Origin: Trichinella spiralis
Taxonomy: Eukaryota
Length of the DNA stretch: 23,151 nucleotides
NCBI RefSeq assembly: GCF_000181795.1
Contig: NW_003526943.1
Span: 4,615,228 to 4,638,378 of the forward strand
Reading direction: 5' to 3'
The notes under the pieces are model-generated. The model saw only the letters and a list, made by a program, of their open reading frames with translations, was not told the DNA's origin and ran no database searches. Below, piece by piece: positions 22,995 to 23,151 of the stretch; positions within the stretch are counted from its first letter, which is position 1, and each line of letters starts with the position of its first letter. Both the position numbers and the translations under genes were made by a program.

Positions 22995-23151
22995 ATTATA
23001 TTATATTATATTATATTATATTATATTATATTATATTATATTATATTATATTATATTATATTATATTATATTATATTATATTATATTATATTATATTATA
23101 TTATATTATATTATATTATATTATATTAGATTATATTATATTATATTATAT
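22995..23151. repeat. (ATATT)n pentanucleotide tandem array running to the window end
   Basis: About 31 near-perfect ATTAT units with one T>G variant near 23129. Confidence 0.95.

Noticed and set aside
22995..23151. Telomere or CRISPR-like array
   Set aside because: Simple pentamer with no spacers and no G-rich telomeric unit; the context is eukaryotic.

Overview
Eukaryotic, AT-rich genomic DNA with short GT-AG introns (51-83 nt in the multi-exon gene) and TTTCAG-type acceptors. It is most consistent with a nematode, probably clade I such as Trichinella; the taxon is an inference. I find five protein-coding genes, all on the minus strand. (1) A single huge exon (at least 788 codons, 2365 to <1) encoding a Q/S/T/P-rich low-complexity, probably nuclear protein; the ORF track missed it because it has no stop inside the window. 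(2) A manually assembled 14-exon gene (9118-6123, about 727 aa) encoding a highly divergent Sin3-family corepressor. It has the HDAC-interaction domain and the Sin3 C-terminal domain but apparently no N-terminal PAH1-3 domains. (3-5) A tandem cluster of three two-coding-exon 7TM GPCRs (330-332 aa, nematode chemoreceptor/Srsx-like) sharing a phase-1 intron at the start of TM2. The window also has several microsatellites and ends in a long (ATATT)n array. No prokaryotic features, CRISPR arrays or RNA genes are supported. All protein comparisons were made by eye against recalled sequences, not by database search.
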